From an uncultured Candidatus Saccharibacteria bacterium (GTDB taxonomy: Bacteria > Patescibacteriota > Minisyncoccia > UBA6257 > 1-14-0-10-40-38), in NCBI GenBank assembly GCA_964367145.1, contig CAYIWJ010000001.1, positions 1-54,967 of the forward strand: 54,967 bases of DNA. Direction: 5' to 3'. The translations under genes and the position numbers were made by a program. Shown here piece by piece: positions 17,444 to 26,518 of the stretch (positions are counted from its first letter, which is position 1; the number at the start of each line of letters is the position of its first letter). A model generated the notes under the pieces. The model saw only the letters and a program-made list of their open reading frames with translations, was not told where the DNA came from and made no database searches.

Positions 17444-17923
17444 TTAGTGCTTGATTTTGAGCAATTCGACCGCAAAGATAAGCGTCGCTGAAGGAGGAAT
17501 CGGCCCTTGACCAGAAGCTCCATAGCCGAGATCCGGTGGAATGGTTAGTGTTCGCTTTCCGCCAACTTTCATTCCAATCAAACCCTGATCCCAGCCTTTA
17601 ATCACCTGACCGGCTCCAATGGTAAATTCAAACGGGGTCCCGCGAGGAATGGAGCTGTCAAAAATCTTTCCATCGGTCAGCTTGCCCGTATAATGAACGG
17701 TCAAAGTATCGCCACTCACTGCCGGGTCGCCGGTGCCCAGTACCTCATCTTTGATCCCAAGTTCGCTTGATGGTTGATTGATCATATTATCTTCTGGTGT
17801 TGAATTTATTGTCTTGTCTGCGTCCGCCGTACTCAAATTTCCAGTCTGATCGTTTTTAAGAAATGCCATAACCAGCAAAACACCCACCACCGCCAATATT
17901 GAGTAAAATATTTTTGAACCCAT
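17444..17923 (-). CDS. membrane-anchored FKBP-type peptidyl-prolyl cis-trans isomerase
   Basis: N-terminal TM followed by an FKBP domain ([43 protein letters not shown]). Confidence 0.92.
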   Translation of the reverse strand: MGSKIFYSILAVVGVLLVMAFLKNDQTGNLSTADADKTINSTPEDNMINQPSSELGIKDEVLGTGDPAVSGDTLTVHYTGKLTDGKIFDSSIPRGTPFEFTIGAGQVIKGWDQGLIGMKVGGKRTLTIPPDLGYGASGQGPIPPSATLIFAVELLKIKH

Positions 17924-17983
17924 ATAATTTGATTATAGTAGATAATAAAAAGTCCGCAAGGCATCAAATCCGCGATTGATGTT

Positions 17984-18934
17984 CTAATAAAAAACGGTCT
18001 TAGTTCTATGATGCGGCAAGTTAAGATTGATTTTTTGACTAGCTTGCCACAAGAGCCAATCAATCTGATAGCTTTGGAAAATTACGCCTTGCTTTTGGAG
18101 CTCGCGGCGCATGTACTCCACAGCCCAAATTGTAGTCGCGCGAATCTCTAATTCCATGGGCGAACCGGCGCGGATCGGAGTCCTTTTTTGAAGCAATCTG
18201 CGAAGTTTTGGCGCGTAAACCAAAATCTTCAGAGATTCCAGAACCTGGGGAACGCGATAATCAGCAAACGCGGTCAGATATTCTGGGTCAAGAAACTTAC
18301 CCGGGCCGCGATAAGCAAAAGCACCGGCAATGTCTCCGGCTAAAATTTGGGCTCGCTTCCAGAAATAAATTTTCTCCGCGTGATAGCTTGCCTCATCGGC
18401 AAACGATGGGAGTCGCGCGATTTGTGGAACTAAGTTAGAGAACTTGCCTTTAGCCGAGTCTATTAAAGATAAAATCCCGCCTAATTTGATTATCTCTTGA
18501 GCCACGCCTCGTGCCGCCCGGTAGCGTTGCGGCATCAGCATTAGACGCCGCCCGCCCTGAAAAATCCTTTCAAAGTCCGCGAACTTCATCTCGGCAAAAG
18601 TTTGTAAATTCGCCTTTTTGTGTTTTAGAAAAAAAACTTTTAATGCCAAGGCCAAGGCATAATAGCCGCTGTAAGATTTTCCCCGATAAGAAAACTCCCA
18701 GCGTCCCCCCCGAGGCGACCAAAAGCAAAAATTGAGCGTATCGAGCATCACTAAATAACTCAAACTCCGCTCGGGATTTTTTTTGTCAAAAAAATGCTTT
18801 TTTGCCTCCCACTTCGGTTTTGTTCGATGTTTTTTCCCAAACCTTTCTGCCCACTCCAAAACAGCGGTCTGGTTGATTTTGACCGAGCGCCCCCCAAGCG
18901 CGATTTCTCTGGTGCTTTCAAGAACCGGATTCAT
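17984..18934 (-). CDS. queuosine-salvage protein, DUF2419/QNG1 family
   Basis: 316 aa. FADYRVPQVL motif and overall pattern of the DUF2419 family. 4-nt overlap with the end of tgt. Confidence 0.75.
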   Translation of the reverse strand: MNPVLESTREIALGGRSVKINQTAVLEWAERFGKKHRTKPKWEAKKHFFDKKNPERSLSYLVMLDTLNFCFWSPRGGRWEFSYRGKSYSGYYALALALKVFFLKHKKANLQTFAEMKFADFERIFQGGRRLMLMPQRYRAARGVAQEIIKLGGILSLIDSAKGKFSNLVPQIARLPSFADEASYHAEKIYFWKRAQILAGDIAGAFAYRGPGKFLDPEYLTAFADYRVPQVLESLKILVYAPKLRRLLQKRTPIRAGSPMELEIRATTIWAVEYMRRELQKQGVIFQSYQIDWLLWQASQKINLNLPHHRTKTVFY

Positions 18935-20082
18935 AAAATTCCTTTTTTAATCCGCTCTCTTAGCGTAGCGACGAACTGGTTAAAGTAAAAAAGATTGTGT
19001 TGAGTTAAAAGAACGAGGCCGGTAATCTCTCGCGCTCGAATCAAGTGGGAGATATAAGTTCTCCGATATCCCAAACACGTTGGGCATTGGCATCGAGGGT
19101 CAAGCGCTTTTTGATCGTTCAAAAAAATTGCCGAGGCCAGGTTTAAACGACCGGCGCTCGTAAAAGCGATACCGCGTCGCGCATAATGCGTTGGAATCGT
19201 GCAGTCAAAAGTATCAATACCGGCGGCGATAATACGCGGTATGTCTTCAAGCGAGCCGATGCCCAAAAGATGTCTTGGCTTCGCCTCGTCTAACAGTGGC
19301 AGAGTCCAGTCCAGAATTTTTTGCATTGAATTCTTACTGCTTCCCAAATCGCCGCCGATACCAAAGCCATCAAAACCAAGTCGGTTAATCAGGCGAGCGC
19401 TTAACTCTCTAAGCGGCTTAAACCGTGATCCTTGTACAATACCGAACAAAGCCTGTTTACCAGTTCGCGAATTAAGTGACGTCTGCGCCCAACGATGGGT
19501 GCGAGCGAGAGAGGCTTCGATGTAAGCCCGAGTGGCGGTCGGCGGAGTACATTCGTCAAAAGCAAACATAATATCAGCACCAAGTTTTTCCTGGATAGCA
19601 ATTGATTCTCGCGGCCCGATAAAGATTTCTCTTCCGTCAATCGGCGACTTAAAGAAAACACCAGTCTCTAGAATTTTAATTGAGTTCGGTTGGCGACCTT
19701 CGGCGACTTTCAGGTTAGCGCTTGGTCGTCCATCAAAATATTTTAATATCTTACCGACATTCAAATCACGTCCGAAGCCAAGACTAAAAATTTGAAACCC
19801 GCCGGAATCGGTCATGATTGGCCGCCGCCAGTTCATGAATTTATGCAAGCCCCGACTTTTAGCCACTACCGCTTCACCGGGTTTTAAATGAAGATGAAAG
19901 GTGTTAGCGATAATGACTTGAGTCCCGGTTCCTGCGAGCATCTCGCTGGTTAGGGTTTTCGCGCTCGCCTGGGTCGCGACGGGAACCAAGCTTGGAGTTT
20001 CCACCTCGCCATTTGGCGTGGTTAAGATGCCGAGTCGCGCTCGACTAACGCCGGAACGCTGAATTATTTTGAAGGAAATCAT
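18931..20082 (-). CDS. tgt: tRNA-guanine transglycosylase (queuine/preQ1 tRNA-ribosyltransferase)
   Basis: MTDSGGFQ, LFGIVQGS, zinc site CQCPTC...H. 383 aa. Confidence 0.95.
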   Translation of the reverse strand: MISFKIIQRSGVSRARLGILTTPNGEVETPSLVPVATQASAKTLTSEMLAGTGTQVIIANTFHLHLKPGEAVVAKSRGLHKFMNWRRPIMTDSGGFQIFSLGFGRDLNVGKILKYFDGRPSANLKVAEGRQPNSIKILETGVFFKSPIDGREIFIGPRESIAIQEKLGADIMFAFDECTPPTATRAYIEASLARTHRWAQTSLNSRTGKQALFGIVQGSRFKPLRELSARLINRLGFDGFGIGGDLGSSKNSMQKILDWTLPLLDEAKPRHLLGIGSLEDIPRIIAAGIDTFDCTIPTHYARRGIAFTSAGRLNLASAIFLNDQKALDPRCQCPTCLGYRRTYISHLIRAREITGLVLLTQHNLFYFNQFVATLRERIKKGIL

Positions 20083-20121
20083 AGGATAATAAAAGATGCT
20101 TACTTGCTACAAGGGGATTAA

Positions 20122-20156
20122 CAAAAAAAGCCCACGTTGGGTATAACCCAAGTGGA
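20122..20156 (-). terminator. rho-independent terminator downstream of the 83-aa ORF
   Basis: 9-bp stem with one bulge (20132-20141 / 20147-20155). On the minus strand it is followed by a run of 7 T (A-run 20123-20129 on plus). Confidence 0.7.
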
Positions 20157-20175
20157 CTTTTTTCGCAAATAAATC

Positions 20176-20427
20176 CTACAAAGTCTTGAGGGCGTCATCA
20201 ACCTCTTTTAAGTCGGCTTCGATATCAGGAAGAATTTGCTCGGCGTCTTGAGAGAGTCTCTCCGGCGCGTCATCTTCTGAAGCTACTACCGCCGATTGAT
20301 CTTGAGTTGTGAGAGCCGGTTCTTGATTGTAGTCAGAACTTCGTCCCGCGTAAAAGAAAATCAATCCCAAAGCCACAACCACCACCAAAGCCCCCACGAT
20401 AATTCCTCGTTGCGATTTTTGTTCCAT
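20176..20427 (-). CDS. small N-terminally anchored acidic protein, unknown function
   Basis: 83 aa. One TM (GIIVGALVVVVALGLIFFYA) followed by an acidic tail. Confidence 0.55.
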   Translation of the reverse strand: MEQKSQRGIIVGALVVVVALGLIFFYAGRSSDYNQEPALTTQDQSAVVASEDDAPERLSQDAEQILPDIEADLKEVDDALKTL

Positions 20428-20445
20428 AGTTGATATTTGGAGAAA

Positions 20446-21180
20446 CTAATTAATGGGAGCCGGTTGAGCTGGGTTCTCATTAGGAACCGTCTCCGCGATG
20501 GCCTTTACTAAATTGCGAACCGCTTCACGCGCCGCAAGCACCGACTGATGAACAACCATCAAATCTTTGCGCAATCCGCTAATCGCGGCCCCCAGTTGTT
20601 TTTTCGCGGTTGATTCGATGAAAGTAGTATCGTAAACCTTGGCTGATTGAGCATCAATAGCTCGATTCGCCGCTTCCACTTCTTGAGTCGCTTTTTCGCG
20701 AAGAGTCTTTAACGAGGCAACATTCACCCCAGCCCCATCAATTTTAGCAATTCTGGAATCGGCTCGCTCCAAAAGTTTTTGCAGATTTTCAGTTACCGCC
20801 ACAAATCGCTTCAGCAAGTTCTGGTTGATTTTATTCAAGTTTTCCACGATCTTCAGGCTTTTATCGGCCTTCGACTTGTCCTTAAAATTTTCCATTCGGC
20901 CACGATTCATTTCAAGCTTCTTATCAATCAACTCTTGAGTTTTGACCATCTTGCCTTCGCGCTCTCTGCGCATCATCATCAGCTTATCCTCACTGGCGGC
21001 CATCTTGGCCTTTCTCTCCATTATATCGGAAACAGAGTCAGCTTTTCTTGCCTCCAAAGCCGCTCGTTTCAATACTGGTCCATCTACATTCTTAACCTCT
21101 TCGGCTTGGGCAGAACCGGTCATTGCCACGACAGAAAACAGGGCAACAGCCACCAAAAAAGCATTTTTCTTAGTCATCAT
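20446..21180 (-). CDS. secreted alpha-helical/coiled-coil protein, unknown function
   Basis: Signal peptide ...VAMTGSAQA/EE. The remaining ~215 aa are rich in K/E/A/L heptad-like sequence. Confidence 0.6.
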   Translation of the reverse strand: MMTKKNAFLVAVALFSVVAMTGSAQAEEVKNVDGPVLKRAALEARKADSVSDIMERKAKMAASEDKLMMMRREREGKMVKTQELIDKKLEMNRGRMENFKDKSKADKSLKIVENLNKINQNLLKRFVAVTENLQKLLERADSRIAKIDGAGVNVASLKTLREKATQEVEAANRAIDAQSAKVYDTTFIESTAKKQLGAAISGLRKDLMVVHQSVLAAREAVRNLVKAIAETVPNENPAQPAPIN

Positions 21181-21269
21181 ATGTTTGTAATTGAACTGTT
21201 AAATTAACGGCCCGACGCGTGCATTATGGCACACCACGGGGAAAAACACCAGACACAGAGTAAACGAAG

Positions 21270-21494
21270 TTAGACCGGAAGCCGTTTCTTGCGGTATTCA
21301 AGCCACCAAGGCCAAAGGAAGATATAGAGAATTTCCAAAACACCTATTGTGTTCAGCAACAACAAAGCCACAAACCAAAGCTTGCTTCCGGCGCGAGCCG
21401 CCTTCCATAAGGCGACCCCCTTCCAGGAGATCGTCCACAAGACAGCCACGGCAAAAGCGATTTCTTTATTGGTCAAGGGAATGGGACTAATCAA
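21270..21494 (-). CDS. small integral membrane protein
   Basis: 74 aa with 2-3 hydrophobic segments and a W/K-rich loop (WKGVALWKAARAGSKLWF). Confidence 0.5.
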   Translation of the reverse strand: MISPIPLTNKEIAFAVAVLWTISWKGVALWKAARAGSKLWFVALLLLNTIGVLEILYIFLWPWWLEYRKKRLPV

Positions 21495-21509
21495 AATGGG
21501 TAACCCGAC

Positions 21510-22133
21510 TTAAAGAGCCATAAAAGACACCATCATCGGTAAACCTTTAGCATCCAAGAGTGGTGGGTTTTTCTTGGTGTCAAAAATACGATTCTCGGCC
21601 GCGACATGCAACATGGCGGTATAGCGTCTTCCGGCTACCGTCTCGCGCAACAATTCAACCATACCCGAATAAACGCCAAGATCAAAAAGTTTTGCCCCCA
21701 AAATCCTGCCGACCGTCGCGTCGACATTCATTTCGTGAATCACAACCCAGGTTGGAGCAACTAGCGTTCCGGCAACTTGAACCTTGCTTCCGGCTGTTTG
21801 ATCTTTGGCTGTAACCGTTACCCCGCCGTCCTTGGCCATCATTTGACCATCATCTTTTTTGGTCAAAACCGAAGATTCTATGTTGGCCTGGCTATTGGTT
21901 GTTTTTTCCTCGATTCCTTTGGTCGCGACATTTAGGTCCTTATCCACCCCCTCGGTTTCAATGCCTTGCGCTGTCGCGTCCAAATCGTTCTGTGCTACCA
22001 AGCTATCGCTTTGCGGCCCAAGACCCTTGCCCAAAAAGAAACCAATTAAACCAGCAAGCAATGCGATAACTAATGTCGACCAAATTGAACGACCTTCCGA
22101 CTGTCCCGCGCCCTGTTGATTGTTTGTATCCAT
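21510..22133 (-). CDS. N-terminally anchored extracytoplasmic protein, unknown function
   Basis: 207 aa. TM (IWSTLVIALLAGLIGFFLG), a low-complexity linker, then a ~100-aa beta-looking C-terminal domain. Confidence 0.55.
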   Translation of the reverse strand: MDTNNQQGAGQSEGRSIWSTLVIALLAGLIGFFLGKGLGPQSDSLVAQNDLDATAQGIETEGVDKDLNVATKGIEEKTTNSQANIESSVLTKKDDGQMMAKDGGVTVTAKDQTAGSKVQVAGTLVAPTWVVIHEMNVDATVGRILGAKLFDLGVYSGMVELLRETVAGRRYTAMLHVAAENRIFDTKKNPPLLDAKGLPMMVSFMAL

Positions 22134-22254
22134 ACGACTTGTAAATTTAAAATTAGTTTATAAAAAGCACGCCATCGGTGCCAAGAACTGCCCCAATTAT
22201 AAAGTTCAGAAAATAAAAAAGCAATCGTTGAATCCTCAAGGCTTCGCGTGCCGA

Positions 22255-22617
22255 TTATTCAGGGCGCCGCGACAAAATAAATAAAGCTCCAGCGGCCAAG
22301 GCTAGAGCTAAATCGCGGAAAACAATATCCAGCAAGAGCAGGTTGGGTGCTACGATTCCCACCAGGGTTAGTGTCGCCATTAAAGCCGCCCAACGTGATG
22401 TTCTGGGATAAAGTAGAGCTCCGCCAAGTATCAATTCATAGATCGAAAAAATAGCGAGTAAAAGATTTTGCGGAACCAAAGCCCTCATAAATAAAGGAAA
22501 ATAGCCAATCCATGAATTCGGGTCGGTAAAGGAAGCAATCGCGGCATAGAAAAAAACACCGGCTAAGGCAATGCGCAACAACCAGATTGCCAAGACTAAG
22601 CGTTTTTTTTCGGGCAT
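22255..22617 (-). CDS. DoxX-like 4-TM membrane protein
   Basis: 120 aa with four hydrophobic segments. LLRIALAGVFFYA start typical of DoxX-type proteins. Weak call. Confidence 0.45.
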   Translation of the reverse strand: MPEKKRLVLAIWLLRIALAGVFFYAAIASFTDPNSWIGYFPLFMRALVPQNLLLAIFSIYELILGGALLYPRTSRWAALMATLTLVGIVAPNLLLLDIVFRDLALALAAGALFILSRRPE

Positions 22618-22625
22618 ATTAAGAA

Positions 22626-23099
22626 CTATCGCACAATAACTATACCGCCACGACTCGGATTAAGGTGGTCATGATATTTCCAAGTCCCCGGAGTTGTAAA
22701 AGTAAAGGTGTAGCTTTCGCCCGTGCCAAAACCCCTATCCGCGTCAAACTCTTTCAAGGTTGTATGGGCCGGATGTGGATTGGAAGCCACCCACATCTTA
22801 TCCTCCGTCTGATTGGTAAAGGCAATCGGCGTTCCTAGTGGAACAGTGATCGTCTCGGGCTTAAAGCCATCTTTAGTATAGGACACGGCTTTAATTTCCG
22901 ACGCGCCCGAAGTCGTATCCAAATTTTTGATCGTTTCCTCGGTGGGCGTCACCGGAACTTGCGGATTAACATCTTCTGCTTCTGGAGACGGTTGGTTATC
23001 GGTTTGAGCCCTCCTCCGCACCGAGCCCCCGGCAAAAAAAGAGGTCACGGTAGATATTGCCACAATCGCCACTACAAAAATCGTAAAAAATTTTTTCAT
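22626..23099 (-). CDS. anchored/secreted cupredoxin-like domain protein (no Cys copper ligand)
   Basis: 157 aa. N-terminal TM or signal peptide. C-terminal VPLGTPIAFTN......GESYTFTFTTPGTWKYHDHLNP..GGIVIV resembles EfeO-type cupredoxin-like domains. No Cys is present in the domain. Confidence 0.45.
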   Translation of the reverse strand: MKKFFTIFVVAIVAISTVTSFFAGGSVRRRAQTDNQPSPEAEDVNPQVPVTPTEETIKNLDTTSGASEIKAVSYTKDGFKPETITVPLGTPIAFTNQTEDKMWVASNPHPAHTTLKEFDADRGFGTGESYTFTFTTPGTWKYHDHLNPSRGGIVIVR

Positions 23100-23162
23100 A
23101 TTAAAAAAGTTTATAAACCTTTACTCATCCTATGCCGGAGCAAAAAATAGTCAATCAAATAG

Positions 23163-24941
23163 CTAGCTTCGCCCACGATAAGTGGCGTCCTCATCTTCGG
23201 TGGCAAGCATCAAACGCTTCTTTCTCATTAACGCATGGGAACGAAAAGCGAAGAAAGAGCCGACTCCCAAGCCGATCAAGGTTAAGCTTCCATAGTAAGG
23301 TAAGCCACGGCGCAAGCGATCCCAAATCAAAGACTTTACAATTGTCACTCGAATCGGCGCCTGTAATTTTTCCCAAGTTCCTTTATTGCGATAATAGGCG
23401 ATTAGGTAATAATTTCCCGGAGAAAATCCGTCAAGCCGAACTTCGCCATTTCCTTTTTTGACTATAATCTGCCGCGCCAAGCGAAAATTTTCGTCAAAAA
23501 CATCAACTCGATACTCCTCCGCGGAGTCGGGAATGGCCATTTCCAAAAAAGAAATAATAATACTTCCAGTTCCACTAAAACCGGCTGTCGCTACGTTAAC
23601 GACGACTGGTGAAGTCGTGGCGCCAGTCGACGGATTAACTGCGTTTTGGTTGGAATTTTCTGGCGGCGGTGTAGCGCCCGGTGGAGGAGGTGGCGCGACC
23701 TCTGGTGGTGGCGTCAAATTTGGTGGCGGGGGAGTTGTTGGTGAAGACGAGGCCGTAAGCGTCGTAAATATTAAAGTTGAGGAGGCCGCGTTTCCTTGTG
23801 GATCAGTGGTGAGCAAAGTTGCTGTGTAGGTGGTTGCTGGAGTCATGCCATAAACGCTAACCGAGTGCTCCAATTCATAAGTCGGGTCAAAGGCGTTGGC
23901 GCTAAAAACACCGGCGCGGGAAACCGTAACCCAAGAGTTAGCGGCTTCATTGGTTGTCCAGATAAAACCCGCGCTTACGGCGCTAAGATTGTTAATCATA
24001 GCTCCAATAATTTGTGGTGGAGCAACATCTCCCGATGGTGGTGGAGGAGGTGGCGGCGGAGGAGGAGGTAATCCCGTGCCGGGTGGCGGAGGCGGTGTGA
24101 TTATAGAAAAATCTTGTGGTGTCAAAAACGAACCAGTAGTTGAAGCCTGGTTTCCCCAAGAGTCATAGGCCGTCAGGATAAAATTATAGTTTACGCCCGG
24201 TAAAGTAGTTAGAGTCAGACCGCAATTTATAATTCCCATGGGACAGGTCGCGTAAGAACCGTAGGGGCCGGCAACTTGCGGTGTTTGTCCGGCTGGACCA
24301 TAAGCCACTTCAAAATCAACCGGCTCGTTGGCATTAAAATATAAAGCGGTGGCATAAGGCGAAAACGGCGAAGTTGTAGCATTGGTAATTAAAGGCGGGG
24401 CAGTTTCCGCGGTCTCATAAAGTGCAAACTTAAAACTAAATGGTTGTTCTATGGCACCCAAATAAGCGGTACCCAAAAGATATTCGGGATAGGCTTGAGA
24501 ATTGTGGGGCAGAATCTGAAAACGGTTTACGTGGTGCAACCATAGCTCCGATGGAAAACTCAAAACTTTGATCTTGTAAGTCGCTCCCGGATTGATTGGA
24601 ATGAGTGAGGAAAAATCGGCATGCAAACGAGTCCCGCCCCACACCGGAGGAGTCGTTGGAACGGTAATCGTTACCGCCGCAAGCTGAACGTCGTTGGCGT
24701 TATAGAGTCCAAAAGTTGCCCCTCCCGCCTCGCCAAGATTATCAATCCAAAAATCAAAACCGCGTAAAAAATCATTATATACCGGAAACTCTTGCGCCGA
24801 AGTGTCATACGCCGCCACTTTAAGTCGCTCGTCATAATTTTCCGGCGCGAACTCAAAAAAACGAGTTCCGTGCGCCAAACTTTGGGCGGGAAAAAGCATC
24901 AACCCAAGCATTAAAAAAAGAAGACTTACAAAAAACCTCAT
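23163..24941 (-). CDS. large secreted, C-terminally anchored surface protein with FN3-like modules and poly-proline linkers
   Basis: Signal peptide ...FPAQSLA/HG. Two or three FN3-like beta modules. 11 consecutive Pro codons (24036-24068) and a second P-rich linker. C-terminal TM (SLTLIGLGVGSFFAF) followed by a basic tail. Confidence 0.75.
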   Translation of the reverse strand: MRFFVSLLFLMLGLMLFPAQSLAHGTRFFEFAPENYDERLKVAAYDTSAQEFPVYNDFLRGFDFWIDNLGEAGGATFGLYNANDVQLAAVTITVPTTPPVWGGTRLHADFSSLIPINPGATYKIKVLSFPSELWLHHVNRFQILPHNSQAYPEYLLGTAYLGAIEQPFSFKFALYETAETAPPLITNATTSPFSPYATALYFNANEPVDFEVAYGPAGQTPQVAGPYGSYATCPMGIINCGLTLTTLPGVNYNFILTAYDSWGNQASTTGSFLTPQDFSIITPPPPPGTGLPPPPPPPPPPPSGDVAPPQIIGAMINNLSAVSAGFIWTTNEAANSWVTVSRAGVFSANAFDPTYELEHSVSVYGMTPATTYTATLLTTDPQGNAASSTLIFTTLTASSSPTTPPPPNLTPPPEVAPPPPPGATPPPENSNQNAVNPSTGATTSPVVVNVATAGFSGTGSIIISFLEMAIPDSAEEYRVDVFDENFRLARQIIVKKGNGEVRLDGFSPGNYYLIAYYRNKGTWEKLQAPIRVTIVKSLIWDRLRRGLPYYGSLTLIGLGVGSFFAFRSHALMRKKRLMLATEDEDATYRGRS

Positions 24942-24993
24942 TTGTCTTTCAGTATATCATTCGCCGAGCCGAAGCACCGTACACAGGCCATCT

Positions 24994-25221
24994 TTAATCC
25001 AGGCCAAAAATCTCTACCAGCTTCCGGCGCGAAGCGTGTCCCGAAAGAATTTGAATCTGACTCGGGGCGATTTTAAAATGCATGGCCAGGGCTCGAATAA
25101 TGCCCATATTCGCCTGACCCTTAACCGGCGGCTCGGTAACCCAAACGCCAAACGTGTTCGGCTCTATCTCCATAACTCTGACTTCCCGTGCCGATGGATG
25201 TGCCTGAACTAAAATCTTCAT
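24994..25221 (-). CDS. DUF167 (YggU-like) protein
   Basis: 75 aa. V.A.P.A......E..........V...PP.KG.AN..I...LA..F...........G..SR.K.VEI pattern. Confidence 0.75.
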   Translation of the reverse strand: MKILVQAHPSAREVRVMEIEPNTFGVWVTEPPVKGQANMGIIRALAMHFKIAPSQIQILSGHASRRKLVEIFGLD

Positions 25222-25224
25222 AAT

Positions 25225-26445
25225 TTATTGCAAAGACTTTGCCGCCCGAAGTTTTCGGTGGTAGCCGATGGCAAAACGGTGCGCCTCATCACGAACTCTA
25301 ATTAGCACCTGGCCCAAGTCTGTCGACGGCTTCATCCCAATAAACTCATTCTTGTCTCGACGCGGACCTTTGGCAATGCCAACTATGGGAATATGTAGCC
25401 CGACCTCATTTAATACGCTCTTCGCAATGTTGACTTGAGGAGTACCGCCATCAATTAAAATTAAATCCGGCAAAGTCCACTTGGTCTCAAAGCGCCGAGC
25501 AAGAACCTCACGCAACATGCCCGTGTCATCTGGCGTAGTTAGACTTTGAATCCGAAATTTTCGATACTCATTTTTGTCCGGTTGGCCGCGTCTAAAAACC
25601 ACCATGGATCCAGTAGCCGAAGTACCGGAGGTGTTAGAAATGTCATAACCCTCAATTCGTTGGGGCATGGTGGAAGTTGCTGGTGGAATCAACGGATCTT
25701 CGGAGAGTACCGCCACATCGCGAATGTGTTGCAGAGCAAAAATCCGGCGCTTTATTATTTCCGCCTTCTCATAATCAAGTTTTCTACTGGCCACAAGCAT
25801 CTCTCTTTCGCTTTGTTTGATTAGAAAAGCTTTCTTGCCCTCAAAAAAACGGCAGATATTTTTAATCGTCAGCAGATACTCGGCGTGGCTTATTAAACCG
25901 GCGCATGTTCCCGGACACAGGCCAATCTCATAATCAAAACAAGGGTGGGGCCGATTCATTGATTTCCGCCGAGCCAAATCTTCGGAGGTGTGAGTGGAAT
26001 ATGGAAAGATTCGCCGGACGATTTTAAGCGCCTCGCGAACGCTGGTCGCCGAGGTGAATGGCCCAAAACGCCGCCGCGGTGTCCCGCCGGTACCTCGCAC
26101 TAAAATTATCCGCGGCCAAGCCTCTTTGGTAATTTCCACATATAAAAAACTTTTATCGTCCTTTTCTCGAATGTTGAACGGGGGACGATAAAGTTTAATC
26201 AAAACCGCCTCGCGGATCAGGGCTTCAATCGCAGTCTCGGTTTTTTCGTGATCAATCTTCGCAACATTTTGAACGAGACTTTCAATGCGAAGATCATGCG
26301 CGCGGCTAAAATAACTGGCGACTCGTCGCCTTAGATTGACCGCCTTGCCCACGTAAAGTATCTCGCCGCGCCGCCCGCGCATAATATAAACCCCGGGCGT
26401 TTCCGGAAAAGACTGTATTTTTTTAAGGATAGCTTCCTTTGCCAT
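25225..26445 (-). CDS. uvrC: excinuclease ABC subunit C, short form
   Basis: GIY-YIG (PGVYIMRGRRGEILYVGKAVNLRRRV), Cys-rich CFDYEIGLCPGTC, UVR-like helix, C-terminal endonuclease domain (RIEGYDISNTSG, PDLILIDGG, DEAHRFAI). 406 aa and ends before any (HhH)2 domain. Confidence 0.9.
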   Translation of the reverse strand: MAKEAILKKIQSFPETPGVYIMRGRRGEILYVGKAVNLRRRVASYFSRAHDLRIESLVQNVAKIDHEKTETAIEALIREAVLIKLYRPPFNIREKDDKSFLYVEITKEAWPRIILVRGTGGTPRRRFGPFTSATSVREALKIVRRIFPYSTHTSEDLARRKSMNRPHPCFDYEIGLCPGTCAGLISHAEYLLTIKNICRFFEGKKAFLIKQSEREMLVASRKLDYEKAEIIKRRIFALQHIRDVAVLSEDPLIPPATSTMPQRIEGYDISNTSGTSATGSMVVFRRGQPDKNEYRKFRIQSLTTPDDTGMLREVLARRFETKWTLPDLILIDGGTPQVNIAKSVLNEVGLHIPIVGIAKGPRRDKNEFIGMKPSTDLGQVLIRVRDEAHRFAIGYHRKLRAAKSLQ

Positions 26446-26518
26446 ATTGGTTAGCTAATCGTAAATCCAAAACGCGAACTGACTAGATTAATAAAGAATT
26501 GCCGACACCAAAAGATGG

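Noticed and set aside
20779-21207. 142-aa plus-strand ORF opposite the coiled-coil protein gene
   Set aside because: It is antisense to a K/E/L-rich repeat-like coding region, which naturally stays open. The minus-strand gene has a clear signal peptide and is preferred.
24036-24068. Poly-Pro codon run as a slipped-strand phase-variation tract
   Set aside because: The run uses mixed codons (CCT/CCG/CCA), is not a perfect short tandem repeat, and any slippage in units of 3 would stay in frame.
23458-24168. Gly-rich plus-strand ORFs (123, 91 and 90 aa) with GGGGGG runs
   Set aside because: They are the mirror image of the poly-proline linkers of the 592-aa minus-strand surface protein, not independent genes.
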